From: Eledone cirrhosa
Lineage: Eukaryota
Length of the DNA: 64,000 nucleotides
NCBI GenBank assembly: GCA_964016885.1
Contig: OZ024758.1
Span: 2,666,001-2,730,000, forward strand
Direction of reading: 5' to 3'
Shown here: positions 13,531 to 29,140 of the stretch, piece by piece
How the letters are laid out: every line of letters starts with the position of its first letter
Numbering within the stretch: the first letter of the stretch is position 1
The notes under the pieces: generated by a model
What the model was told of the DNA's origin: nothing
The model's database searches: none
What the model saw: the letters and a program-made list of their open reading frames with translations, nothing else
Program-made: the position numbers and the translations under genes

Positions 13531-14194
13531 TAGATTTCGACGTTCTAACGACTCTGCCAATTCCTTTCCTTTGTGAATACCCCCTTTACCCCACAAAATG
13601 ACTTTATTCTATGATTATTTTCCTGTGAGGGTATTTTAATTCAGTTATAATTTATTATTATACAATTTATTCTCGATGGTGAGAAATTCGATCTCACCAT
13701 GTTAATATTCAGAAACATTATTTAGAATAAAAAGAATTCTATAAAAAAACAATCGTAATCCAAGGAAACGAATGAATGGTATAGAATTTTTCCTATCCTT
13801 TATTTTATTGAAACCAATTTGATGACTATTGAATCTGTTGGTTTTATTTTACCAAAGGCTCTGTTACAAAAATCACAGAGCACGAAACAATCACGTGACA
13901 TGTTTGGCCAGAGATTACTATGACTGTTATCGTCTGCTCATTCCTGTATCTCCCAGCTTTTGTTATTACACTCACATCACACACAATATAGTTTTTTTAA
14001 TATCGGTTAGTATATTTTTTCTAGTTCTTTCATTTTTTTTTTCAACTCGGTTCCTTTTAGTATTTTCTAAGCTATTCACAAGACAGAACGATTCATTACT
14101 ACGAACATTCAAACAGTAACACACACAGACACACACACACTAATATATATATATATAAACAACCAGTATACTAGCAAATAAACTCAGAATAGCA

Positions 14195-15420
<1,226 letters not shown>

Positions 15421-15791
15421 GCACTGAGAAAAACGCAGTTATATATTGACATGCACACGCATATACAAAGCAGCAAACCTGGGCATATGCATATATACAT
15501 GTGTACACACACTCTCACACATGCACATACACATACATGCACATACACAAGCAGTCAATAGAGTAGCAAATATGTACATACATACACATGACTGGTGTAT
15601 ATACACACCGGCAATAATGTATTCGATAAACAGAATCGCATCCAATAGGACCCCTTTAAACATACAAAACTCAATTATTGTTGTGCTGTGTATGTGTATG
15701 GTTAGGTGTATATGATTATACGTTTATCTGTATATGTGTGTGAATAATTGATTGCATTGATGCATATGTATGTATGTACACAAACACAGAA

Positions 15792-15857
<66 letters not shown>

Positions 15858-15858
15858 G

Positions 15859-15899
<41 letters not shown>

Positions 15900-16047
15900 G
15901 TATATATATATACATATATGTATATGTATACATATATGTATATATATATATATGCATATATATATATATATGCATATATATATATATGCATATATTATAT
16001 ATATATATATATATGCATTTTATATATATATGCATATATATATATAT

Positions 16048-16581
16048 ATATTGTTATACTTTGGGAGGGTCATGTTGCCAATAAGAAACACACGCACCAG
16101 TTGCTTTCACTTCAATTTAATTTAATATATATTTATAAATTTACAAATTTATAAATTTCTGGTTGGTTGGTTGGTTCCACAACCAGATAGTTGTTTATAT
16201 ATATATAGTCATAGTTCTTTCGTCACACACTCTGTGACCTCTTCAGTGACTGGGGATTTCTTTCTTCGTTTCTGTGCCTTTCCTTTCTTCTATCCTACGC
16301 CATTTTGACATGTGCATACAACAAAATGGCGTAGGATAGAAGAAAGGAAAGGCACAGAAACGAAGAAAGAAATCCCCAGTCACTGAAGAGGTCACAGAGT
16401 GTGTGACGAAAGAACTATGACTATATATATATAAACAACTATCTGGTTGTGGAACCAACCAACCAACCAGAAATTTATAAATTTGTAAATTTATAAATAT
16501 ATATTAAATTAAATTGAAGTGAAAGCAACTGGTGCGTGTGTTTCTTATTGGCAACATGACCCTCCCAAAGTATAACAATAT
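16048..16581. mobile_element. perfect fold-back element (260-bp arms, 14-nt spacer) in (TA)n; putative Penelope-like pseudo-LTR remnant
   Basis: 16048-16307 is the reverse complement of 16322-16581, with spacer ACATGTGCATACAA. Each arm carries a hammerhead motif; (TA)n tracts lie on both sides. Confidence 0.75.
16378..16422 (+). ncRNA. type I minimal hammerhead ribozyme motif, family 1 (mirror copy on minus strand 16207-16251)
   Basis: AGTCA-CTGAAGA-G-GTCACA(gagtg)TGTGAC-GAAA-GaaC-TA-TGACT. Stem I AGTCA/TGACT, 6-bp stem II, minimal stem III, CUA cleavage triplet. Confidence 0.65.
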
Positions 16582-16637
16582 CGGTTTCAACACACGATTT
16601 CAGATAAAGAATCTTGCTAAACAAATTCAGAAACGAA

Positions 16638-16915
16638 ATATATATATATTATATATATATATATATTATATATATGCATATATATATATATATGCATATA
16701 TATATATATGCATATATTATATATATATATATATATTTTATATATATATATGCATATATATATATATATGCATATATATATATATGCATATATTATATAT
16801 ATATATATATATTTTATATATATATATGCATATATATATATATATATGCATATATATATATATATATGCATATATATATATATATATATATGCATATATA
16901 TATATATATATATGC

Positions 16916-16962
<47 letters not shown>

Positions 16963-16992
16963 TATATATATGCATATATATATATATATATA

Positions 16993-17028
<36 letters not shown>

Positions 17029-17118
17029 TATATATATATATATATATGCATATATATATATATATATATATGCATATATATATATATATATATATGCATA
17101 TATATATATATATATATA

Positions 17119-17158
<40 letters not shown>

Positions 17159-17178
17159 TATATATATATATATATATA

Positions 17179-17214
<36 letters not shown>

Positions 17215-17217
17215 TAT
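16638..17217. repeat. (TA)n microsatellite with TGCA interruptions
   Basis: Direct reading. Confidence 0.95.
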
Positions 17218-17280
17218 GTCCCAAGGCTCTGATACCATCAACACTATAAACACAGAGCTGGCATATCTAAGAACTGATTA

Positions 17281-17336
17281 ACTGCCTGATGAGGTCATAG
17301 CCATTCAATGGCTATCATCGAAATATATATAGCAGT
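17281..17336 (+). ncRNA. type I minimal hammerhead ribozyme motif, family 2
   Basis: ACTGC-CTGATGA-GGTcATAGCCA(ttcaa)TGGCTATcATC-GAAA-T(ATAT)A-TA-GCAGT, followed by AAATAAA. Palindromic loop III ATAT. Confidence 0.8.
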
Positions 17337-17394
17337 AAATAAAGGATTATGAGTTCATGCAATTGACTTATGTTTCGTCACTATATAAATATAT

Positions 17395-17816
17395 ATGCAG
17401 ACGTTATATTTAATTTGTTGGGATTCAACAAGCTTAAACATTTTTATAACTGATATAAAGAACTCAACAGAGAGAGGATTAAATACACAATATATTAATA
17501 CTTGGAAACTATTTATAAAACGATATTTATTTCATATATATTTCAAGGGCAACCAAGGAAAATTATGGTGCGCTTTCATCAGATAAAATACAGATTTGTT
17601 TTATAAATAAATATTGACATTCCCGGAAAAAAGACAACATTAACGGTTGGAACTTAAAGGTTGTCTTTTTTCCGGGAATGTCAATATTTATTTATAAAAC
17701 AAATCTATATTTTATCTGATGAAAGCGCACCATAATTTGCCTTGGTTGCTATTGAAATATATATAATAAAATAAATATGGTTTTATAAATATAGTTTCCT
17801 TTTATTAATATAGTGT

Positions 17817-17818
<2 letters not shown>
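17395..17818. mobile_element. fold-back element (arms ~17483-17638 / 17660-17818), family 3, TA-flanked
   Basis: Arms are reverse complementary with some mismatches. 17395-17590 is homologous (minus strand) to 30021-30222. Confidence 0.75.
17709..17772 (+). ncRNA. type I minimal hammerhead ribozyme motif, family 3 (degenerate mirror ~17530-17589 minus)
   Basis: ATTTTAT-CTGATGA-AAGCGCACCA...TGGTTGCTATT-GAAA-T(ATAT)A-TA-ATAAAAT. 7-bp stem I; stem II imperfect. Confidence 0.7.
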
Positions 17819-17847
<29 letters not shown>

Positions 17848-17981
17848 CGAATGTGATCTGTGTGATTTTGTGTATGAGTACAATATTTAAGGACCACATG
17901 CATATATGAACTCTAGCATATTTTTATAAAATAATAACCATATTAAACATACATGCACACACACTGACACACACCCATAGG

Positions 17982-18015
<34 letters not shown>

Positions 18016-18864
18016 CACACATACATATAACACTCTCAAATAGTGACATACATATATGCATGTTAAACTATCACATGTTCGCAAACATAGACACGCATTT
18101 AGCATTTATTTCTCTCTCTTTCTCACACACGCATGTAACCACACACACGTGCACACACGTGCACACACGCACACACGTACACACACAGGTAGACACACAC
18201 ACGTAACCACATACACGTACACACACACGTACACACACATGTACGCACAAACACGCATATAAACACACGTACACACACACACACACACGCGTACACACAC
18301 ACACGCACACACAACGAGCGAAAACAATTATTATCTTACACAAAGATAAACATCCACAGATATCCTCCATCTTGAAATCGGAATTGTTAATATTTTAAAG
18401 AAACATGTCTGAAAACAGAGCGAAAGCCAACAAACTCCATAAGTCATTAAAAATATGCGTGCCAAACGATATCAGTCAATATCTTATAACAAATATTATG
18501 TTGTTTGAAAGCCGTGAATTATTGTATTTCAAATACTGTATAATATTTTTCAGAAAAGATATTTTATAAAAATATAAATATGTATAAAAAATAGATTTGA
18601 AATAAAAACAAGATTAAGCTAAACATTATAAACATGCAAACAGTTTTTAAAAAATGTATTTTGCAGTCATTTTTGCTTCTATGTCAATATGTTTACAGAT
18701 CTTTGTTGCGGGTCCCTGCTAAGCTGATTGTGAGCTTCCGGCAAGCCGAGACCATGGTTTCTAATCCCACATTGAAGCCCTGAAACTCATCTGTCCTTTC
18801 TCTAACAACTTCTGTAAATATATGAAAGTGAAGGTATCTGAGTTTTCTTATTTTCTTATATTAA

Positions 18865-19396
18865 CCTTTTAAGCATTTAAACCAGCCGTATCCGGCCAGA
18901 ATTCTCTCACATTTTTCTGTTCAAACTGGTTGTAACTGGCCACTCATATTGATGTTAAGTTGTTGTTCTCAACATAAATAACACCAAAATCTCATAGATT
19001 CGATATTATGTAAGATAATTATATAAGATAAAGCCTTTACCACAAACATACAATAGTATATATTTGTGTGACAGCTCACACCTATCCAGATTTAGCTGGC
19101 CACTTCCAAGGTATATCTCGTTGGAGGTGTCTTGGGTGAATTAATGATAGGGACCCCAGCCCTATCATCTCATTTCTACAGCTGAGTAAACTAGAGCAAC
19201 GTGAAATAAAGCGTCTTGCTCAAGGAAACAACACATCTGCCGGTTTGAGAATTGAACTCACAACCTTTCGATTGCAAGCCCAATGCTCTAACCACTAAGC
19301 CATGCGCCTTCACAATTCTTTACCTGGGTAAATATTACCTTTTTTTATTTCAGGGTTGATAACCTACCCTGGTAGAGTAATGTAAATACTAAAGAG
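18865..19396. mobile_element. piggyBac-type MITE with nested CORE SINE
   Basis: TTAA|CCTTTTAAGCATTTA at the left, TAAATACTAAAGAG|TTAA at the right. Left part is homologous to 59215-59400 and to 54632-54730. Confidence 0.6.
19168..19313 (-). mobile_element. CORE-type tRNA SINE (family C)
   Basis: Homologous to 6388-6533. Confidence 0.75.
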
Positions 19397-19495
19397 TTAA
19401 ACCATAGGCGTTGATGCCTGTTAAAAAGAAACCAGCCAATACATTTGAAGAGTTAATACCTATAACTTTATGTATATATATATATATGTATATGT

Positions 19496-19778
19496 ATATT
19501 ATAAAGGAAACGAAAAATCAGTGATGCATCTGGACTTAGTTTATTTCGTGTTACAAATGTTTCGCCGGCATCTAGCTCGAGTCATGGTCCTTGTATGGAT
19601 CTGGCTGGTTCTACTTTTGCGGGTTCTTTTGCTCCGGACATAACACCCGTGTCTGAAAGAACCCGCAGAAGTAGAATCAGCCAGATCCATACAAGGACCA
19701 TGACTCGAGCTACATGCCGACGAAACATTTGTAACTAAGTCCAGATGCATCACTGATTTTTCTTTTCCTTTATAATAT
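19496..19778. mobile_element. TA-flanked fold-back element with degenerate hammerhead
   Basis: Arms 19496-19629 / 19656-19778 are reverse complementary, with an 11-nt indel. Contains CGTGT-CTGAAAGA ... GAAAC(ATTT)GTA-AC[ACGAAATAAA in the other arm]. Confidence 0.6.
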
Positions 19779-19861
19779 CTACACTCTACTCTGATGAATA
19801 TCGAGTGCTAATTTTGGCATACCGCCTACGGAAGCACCATAGCTACCACTATACACAAATA

Positions 19862-19905
<44 letters not shown>

Positions 19906-20070
19906 TTGAGAGAGAGAGAGAGAGGTAATATTTACCAATATTTTGATATCTACCCACACCCACACAACCAAACACTGACTCACGTATATAAAGGGCTGAG
20001 CGAGGGCTAAACAACAACGGTATAGATGACAACAACAACAATAAGACTATCATCACACTGGTAAATATTT

Positions 20071-20163
20071 TCTATGTGGCTATTTAGAAATGACAACCCT
20101 GGGATTAATATTCACTGTATAAATCCCAGGCCTGTCAAATCTGAATAGCCACACGTAAATATT
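20071..20163. repeat. imperfect inverted repeat (~35-bp arms)
   Basis: TGTGGCTATTTAGAAATGACAACCCTGGGATT ... AAATCCCAGGCCTGTCAAATCTGAATAGCCACA. Confidence 0.7.
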
Positions 20164-20379
20164 GTATTTTTATTGTGGTTGTTATGTAGGTATGAGTGTG
20201 TGGGTAAAATACACCTTCTTTCTTAAGGTGATAATGTGCTTCTCATATGTGTATATATACTTTAACATACATTAAAACACACTCATATATATATATACGT
20301 ATATTTATATATATATATATATTATATATATATACATATATGTATGTTTATATATATATATATATATACATATATGTAT

Positions 20380-20420
<41 letters not shown>

Positions 20421-20425
20421 TGTAT

Positions 20426-20475
<50 letters not shown>

Positions 20476-20540
20476 TGAAGTGTCGGTTACTAACTGTCAC
20501 ATATACTAATTAATATATATATACACACACACACACACAC

Positions 20541-20622
<82 letters not shown>

Positions 20623-21151
20623 GCGTGCGTGCGTGCGTGCGTGTGTGTGTGTGTGTGTATCATTGCCAGTATCTGTGTGCTTATATAAGCGTGTGTATGT
20701 GTGTATATATTTATGTAAGTATAAACTAATATAATTTCTATTTTACTTATAAAATTGACAATCTGACTTCTCAAACAGCGATATCTACCAATAGAAAGTT
20801 AATTCTTCTGACATATGACCGACATTTAGTAACAGCTATTTTATATAGTTAATTAAATTCAATATATATATCTACTCTTCCTGTAAAGTATTGTTGAGAC
20901 CTCAGTGAGATAGGAAAATGCCAGTGTCACTATTTCAAACCCGAGTAAGGTGGTTGGATAACATCAATGAGTTTGGCTGGTCAGGCTTGGGGATAAAGCC
21001 AGATTCGGATCAGTTGGAGTGGGTTAGCTTCTGACGGGACCCGTTGAAAGGAGTTCTTGTAGACTGTGCTCCCATGACTTTCTCAGGAATAAGTGTCTGA
21101 TTTAGACATATTTTAACATCTTTTTATTGTGAAAAATAACCTTCTGTGTAA

Positions 21152-21192
<41 letters not shown>

Positions 21193-21203
<11 letters not shown>

Positions 21204-21463
21204 CTATCTATCTTACTACACACACACACATATATATATATATGCACATTACACAGAAGGTTGCAACGTTTTTTGAAATATCCGGTTCTGCGTTTACAGA
21301 TTGACTTTGTTAGTTTCAGAAGATCCCGTTAAGGGTGAAAGCAGCGATTCTTTGCTTAAACTTTAATCTGTTATTTTAATAAATAAATATATATATATAT
21401 ATATAAATATATATATTATCTATCTATCTTACTACACACACACACACACATATATATATATAT
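21193..21463 (+). mobile_element. short TA-associated insert flanked by ~45-bp direct repeats; family also at 11998-12064 (-), 52443-52490 (+), 52533-52595 (-)
   Basis: ATATTATCTATCTATCTTACTACACACACAC..ATATATATG on both sides. Internal TTCAGAAGATCCC..AGGGTGAAAGCAGCGATTCTTTGCTTAAACTTTAATCTGTTATTTTAAT is shared wholly or partly by four loci. Confidence 0.65.
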
Positions 21464-21517
21464 GTTTGTATATATGTATATATATATATATATATTGATA
21501 TATACATATATACAAAC

Positions 21518-21548
<31 letters not shown>

Positions 21549-21731
21549 TTACGCACATATATATACATATACATATGTATTTAGAAAATAGATATCGTTT
21601 TTATAACGTGTATTATTGATACCTCTACATTTATGTAAAAGTTTCATGTATATTGATTGAGGTGTACTTAGATAAATGGATTGGTCTTATATGAACAATG
21701 TATATATCTATTTATATGTCCTTCTAGATAA

Positions 21732-22916
<1,185 letters not shown>

Positions 22917-23996
22917 AATCGTCTCCATTTTCCTCTCTGTCTCTCTGTCTATACCTTCGACACACCACACATGTATGTATGTATTGTATATATTGATTAT
23001 ATATTCATGCCTGAAAAAATCTGAACTTATTCATACATTTTCTTTAATTTCTATATCAATCAAATGAAGCTTACATTAGCTGGAATATATCATTTTAAAG
23101 ATAGTTGGTAACATTTATTTTTATTTTATATTTTGCCTTGCAGGACAGAATAAGTTTGTAACCACAAATAACCTTTCCACATAAAAAATTATATATTGTT
23201 GAAATCATCGTTTCATCGTAGGTAGGTATTATCTCGTAGTAAAGAAATTAGGTCTCGCTTATTTGATATTTATAACTTCGTTTTTATTCCAATTTATTCT
23301 AATCTAATTTTGGATTACATTTCCCTGTTGCTTTTCTTATCTTTCTAACATTTTTTTATATATAAATATCGATACTGCTGCTTTCTCCTCTTCTTAATAT
23401 TTTATGTTTTACACTGTGCATCAAAACACCCAATTGTGATCAATCAACACGGGATCGTTATGATGTTGTATGCTTTGATTTATCGATATTTAATCGAAGT
23501 ATCTTAGCGACATTCAGATAAAAGTTATAACTGTATCGGACATTGCAAACTTCTCTTGATGACTTCTGATCGAACATAATTCTATACATTAAAACTTTTC
23601 AATTATGCTGTTTCCGATTGAAAAACTTCCAGTTTCGTTACTATAAACAAGGTCTGATTATCCGCAACGAATCTTCCTGTAAGTTATGCAGACGATCAAG
23701 TCTTCAGCAAGCCTTCCACATATCTCAAATCATTTTCTCTCATTTGTATTATACAGAAATGTTTAAAAAAAAACTCCAGCAAAGAAACGCCATCCTCAAA
23801 ATATCATAAATAGAATGCAGTCATATAAAAAATGTTATTTATAGTTCTAATTTGCTAGATTAGTGAAATTTAAAACCTACCACTGTCAATAATTACTGCC
23901 CCAGAGCAAATTAAGAGATTGCGTTTTGATTTACTTAGTTCACTGAGCTGAGAATAAGCACGACTAGTATCGAGCTGTAGCCGATAGCTACACTAT

Positions 23997-23999
<3 letters not shown>

Positions 24000-24037
<38 letters not shown>

Positions 24038-24345
24038 TTCTATATATGTATTTATATATATATATATATATATGCATATATACATATATCTATATGTATT
24101 TATATATATATATATATATATATGCATATATACATATATATATATATATAAATGTGTGTGTAATGTATTTTTAGTGTATATCATATATATATACGTTTAT
24201 ATATGTATATATATGTATATATATATATGTATATATACGTATATATATATATATATACGTTTATATATGTATATATATGTATATATATATATGTATATAT
24301 ACATATATACGTATATATATATAAGTATATATACATATATACGAC

Positions 24346-24381
<36 letters not shown>

Positions 24382-24406
24382 GTGTGTGTAAAGTATTTTT
24401 AGTGTA

Positions 24407-24448
<42 letters not shown>

Positions 24449-24465
24449 ATATACATACATATATT
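24000..24465. repeat. compound (TA)n microsatellite with internal duplication
   Basis: AAATGTGTGTGTAA.GTATTTTTAGTGTATA occurs twice within the TA tract. Confidence 0.9.
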
Positions 24466-24726
24466 TAGGCGACACTTGTTTGTTAACATCAACATTTTTA
24501 AAATGCTGTGCTACTGTAAAATATACCAAAACAAATATAAACATACAAAGACATATTATACACCGCCCCATATATACACACACACATATATATATATATA
24601 TGGTGTAAAAATATATATGAAAATAAAAATTCCGTTTGAGTGTATAGAAAACTGTACTGTGCTTAGATTGTCTAGGTAATGATCAGAAAGCAATTGAGAG
24701 AGGAAGCACAATTCATTCATACATAG

Positions 24727-24815
<89 letters not shown>

Positions 24816-24877
24816 ATATATATAGGAAAAGAGTCAAGCCCCCGATATATATATATATATGTATATATTTATATATG

Positions 24878-24909
<32 letters not shown>

Positions 24910-25051
24910 AGTATAAAGAATGTGCTCAAGCATAAAAATGCTATAAAGAAGTTGCCATCAGTAGCCGTTGGCAACTTCTTTTTTCCGTTTTAAGGGTGTT
25001 CACCCTGTTTCATAACCTATATTTATAGTAGTTCAGCGCTTGAACACTTTC

Positions 25052-25093
<42 letters not shown>

Positions 25094-25402
25094 TTTAATA
25101 CAATAACAGAGATAGCTTAAAGCTAAACTCTGACTGGCAACCATCTCACTCAACAAACTTTAGGTTATATGTTAGTATAAACCCAATTTAAGTGTTTGGG
25201 GTGCTAACTATATGTATTATGTGGAAAGCCAGTTGTATTATTTTGTGAGATATAATTCAGCGCTTCAAAACGCCTAAAACTCAGCTTCGTACATGATATA
25301 TATATATTTGACGGGGACAGCATACCACAATCCTATATGAAAACTCCTGGTCGTATGCTTTTGTCAAATCCTCTATAATATATTAATTAACCTTAACATT
25401 AG

Positions 25403-25630
25403 AATCATTAGAACGTCGGAGAGAATGCTTTATGGTATTCGTTCCGGCTTCCTGCCACCTGAGTTTGCCTTTTATGAATTCGAGGTCGATAAAAAAGTAT
25501 CAGTCTCATACTGGGGTCGATGTTTTCTCTATATCACTTTCTCGCTTCCTTTTTCGTGTTCTCTCTTGTCTTCTTTGGAAGAAATTTGCTGTATTTAGAC
25601 TCGGAGATGATTAGGTTCCGCCAGGTTTTA
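25403..25630 (+). mobile_element. SINE family B, degenerate
   Basis: TTAGAACGTCGGA..GAATGCTTTATGGTATTC head, GAGGTCGATAAAAAAGTA(T)CAGTCT central domain, pyrimidine-rich tail. Confidence 0.65.
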
Positions 25631-25845
25631 AAAATATTCATACAAAACTTTGTACAACCTAACTTTAAGTCAGTTTCAATCGCATCAGACTCATGCAGTT
25701 ATTTCAGGGAATTTCCTGAGAGAGAGAGAGAGTTAGGTAGATGGATATCGATATATATAGGGAGAGGAGAAGTAAATATAGATAGATAGAGAGAGAGAGA
25801 TGGATATCGATATATATATATAGAGAGAGAGAAAGTGAGAAATAG

Positions 25846-25914
<69 letters not shown>

Positions 25915-26327
25915 CGAGAGAAAAGAACAAAAGTACAAACAAAAAACACACAAACCAAGAGACTGAAATACATCAGTAGTGATATTAGTAAAACGAAAGT
26001 AACTGTTCTTGAGGAAATTCATTTTGACTATCGATTGAAAATGCCTCTTATTGCTAAATCAATACTTTTAAATTCATGATCAATGATCATGTAAGAAAAA
26101 AAAAAAACTATTCCGCGTATCTTCTGGCGATGAATGGTTTGGTCTGTAGAAAAATTGGAATACGCCAACAGCAAGTATTGCGTTTCGTAAAAGACTTCGT
26201 TGTAGAAGTTTAGGGGGAAATCTAAATATGAAAGCCGTGATAACATTTAAACGATAATCGTTCAACTTTAGAAAGAAACGAAGCAACACAAACAACTACT
26301 AGTAAATATCTTTCTCTCTCTCTCCAT

Positions 26328-27192
26328 TACACATATACGTACTCATATATACACATATACATACTCATATAGACACATATACATACTCATACAGACACAT
26401 ATACATACAGACGCATACAGGCACGTGCATATATATATATACACAGTCATATATATAGTCATATATACACGGATACACATATTTGCAGACACGGACACAC
26501 ACAGATGCACATATACATATACATACACATATAGACACATATACATACTCATACAGACACATACAAGCACGTGCATACATATACAGTCATATACATAGTC
26601 ATATATACACAGATACACATATTTGCAGACATGGACACACACATATACATATACATACACATACAGATAGATATATACAGACACAACAGACATATACAGA
26701 CACATACACAGTCATATATACGCATATACTAATACATGCAGACACAGACACACATAGATGCACATATACATACACGTTCAGGCACATACAGAAATACACA
26801 CACATACACACACATAAATACAGATACACGCAGATGCACATATATAGACAAGCACAGATACATGCATACACACATACACACGCAGACACACATACATATA
26901 CACACACATATACACACGCAGACACACATACATATACACACACACATATATATATATATATACATAGATAAACACATACATATAAGCATACGTAGCACAC
27001 ATACATATATTCACACATACACATATACATACATATATACACATATACATACATAATACATAAAACAAGAACAATAACAGCACCAGAACGAATACCAACT
27101 CCAATATCTACAACAATATACATACACACATACATACATACCCATATACAGATTCATACATACACATATACAGATTCATACATACACATATT
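26328..27192. repeat. (CA/TA)n degenerate satellite
   Basis: Direct reading. Confidence 0.9.
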
Positions 27193-27439
27193 CATGCCTT
27201 ATAAATATAGAGGTAAGTATGGAAGTATAACTTCCACATTCTCCTCTCCTCGGAAGTATTTTAAATGACTTTCTCAAATATCATTTATAGTGATCGACTA
27301 TTATTATGGTCATCTACGTTAGGATGACTACATTTTAAATTTCAAATGTTCCTACATACGGTGTATAAGGCGCAGGAGGATTTAGAGACCAAATCTTTGG
27401 CTAAAAGCTGCACGTCTTATATATCTGATATTTTACTTA

Positions 27440-27609
27440 CCGTATTTCCAGGAGTTCAAGGCGCTACCTTTTTCCTAAAATAAGTCTCAAAAATCTACCA
27501 GGGTTCCTGGAGGTTGAAGGTTGTTTATTACTTTTTTTTTCTAATTTTTGGTGGTCAAAATTAGGGTACGTGCTCGAGGACGAAGCGTCTTTGGCGCCGG
27601 GAAATACGG
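27440..27609. mobile_element. Tc2/pogo-type MITE
   Basis: TA|CCGTATTTCCAGGAGTTCAAGGCGC ... GCGTCTTTGGCGCCGGGAAATACGG|TA: ~25-bp imperfect TIRs and a TA TSD. Confidence 0.75.
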
Positions 27610-27629
27610 TATTTTTATATCAACTCTAT

Positions 27630-27968
27630 AGGTAGCGAATTGATAGAGTCGTTAGAACGTCGGATAAGAATGCTTTATGGTATTCCTTCTGGATCTCTGC
27701 TCTCTGAGTTCAAATCCCGGCGAGGTCAACTTTGCCTTTCATCCTATCGACGTCGATAAAAAAGTACCAGTCTAGTACTGGGGTCGATTCCTTTTCTATA
27801 TATTATTCTCATTTCCTCTCTCTCACTTTCTATCTTTCTCTTCAGCATATCTGCTGTACTCTCGCCTGGAGAGGGATGGGCTTCGCCAGACTTAAAATGC
27901 CCAAGAAATCCGTATGTCACTACGGCACTCCTACGACTCTATCAGGAGTTACGGGCCAATACATACAA
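27630..27968 (+). mobile_element. SINE family B, full length (~340 bp)
   Basis: tRNA-like head (GAGTTCAAATCC), same central domain as family A, distinct 3' part CAGTCTAGTACTGGGGTCGATTC...CTGCTGTACTC..GCCTGGAGAGGGATGGG...AAAATGCCCAAGAAA...CTATCAGGAGTTACGGG. Confidence 0.8.
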
Positions 27969-28907
27969 TACACACCTACTCTGGATCTCTCCATGCATCG
28001 AGTACTCCCATGATTAGAGGTTTCCTTGGTCTCAGTAAAGTGGCCAGAAAAGCCTTCCTGACCTTCAATAAATACACCATAGTTGAATTTTTAGAGAGGT
28101 GAGATGAAGTGAATATTTAAATAATTGAAGCTGGTTAAAGTCAATGACGAGAGTGGAGATAGAGATTAGAATGAAGAGAGAGAGAGAGGGATAAATCAAC
28201 AGGAAAGAAAATAGAAAGAGAGATAGAAAGAAAGAAACAGGAAGGGTAATGGTAATGCACTAATTTGTCCTATGGAGTTATCTACCTTGGTTTCAGTAAT
28301 ATTTATGCAAGGGTCCGAAAACAAGTGGGAAAATTGCATGACGAAAATGATTTTGAAATCTGTTTAAAACATTTGGATATGTTTGGCAATACGATGTTAT
28401 AATACAAATTGACACAAGTGACGTTATTTTTCTTGGCAGAAAGAAAATCGTTACTAATGTCAATTTTTATTAGTGCATTGTAGATAATTCCTGACGTGTA
28501 TCGATACTTCTTCGTTATTGAGAATATTTCCAAGCTTTCTTCACCACCCAGAAGTTATTTCCTCTCTAGTGAGTTTAATAGAGAAGAAGTCACGAGTTTG
28601 ATACCCAATTGGTTGGTCTTCAAAACTCATATCTATTATCTATGGTAATATTTATGGTACAATACTGTTGAGAATATGAGAGGCCCGTTCGAATTTAGAG
28701 ATTCCGGTGTCTCTGTAGGGGTCCCTTGTTATTATAATTCCACTGGAATCTTTCAATCTCTTCCTAGAAGCCAATAAAAACGAGCTGCTGGTTCAGCAGG
28801 TCTCGAAAAGAACTCTGTGGTTGCGTGTTACCGCGTACAAAGGGTGAATCTTCTCAGGACTCCTCCGTACACAAAAAGACACATATAGAGAGACAAATAG
28901 GCAAACA

Positions 28908-29049
28908 CAAATTCTTCTCTCTATACCAATCTCCACCAAACTCTCTCCCTCTCTATATCTATTACACGGAACTCTCTTCAAATTCTTCTCTTTATACCAA
29001 TTACCACCAAACTCTCTCCCTCTCTATATCTATTACACGGAACTCTCTT
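28908..29049. repeat. 71-bp tandem duplication
   Basis: CAAATTCTTCTCT.TATACCAAT..CCACCAAACTCTCTCCCTCTCTATATCTATTACACGGAACTCTCTT x2. Confidence 0.9.
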
Positions 29050-29140
29050 AAAAATATTATGTTTACACCGCCACAAGCACGTGTACGTCTATATGTAATT
29101 TCACTAATATATGGTGGTCTATATGTAATCTCACTAATAA

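Noticed and set aside
19791-19850. CTGATGA motif as a hammerhead (also 41629, 61442)
   Set aside because: No GAAA..NUH with a closing stem I at a compatible distance.
23143-23221. Candidate exon (TTGCAG ... AG|GTAGGT)
   Set aside because: Stop codons in all three frames and no partner exons.
28714-29140. Solo LTR (TGT...ACA with AATAAA)
   Set aside because: No matching TSD, no PBS or PPT, and no second copy in the window.
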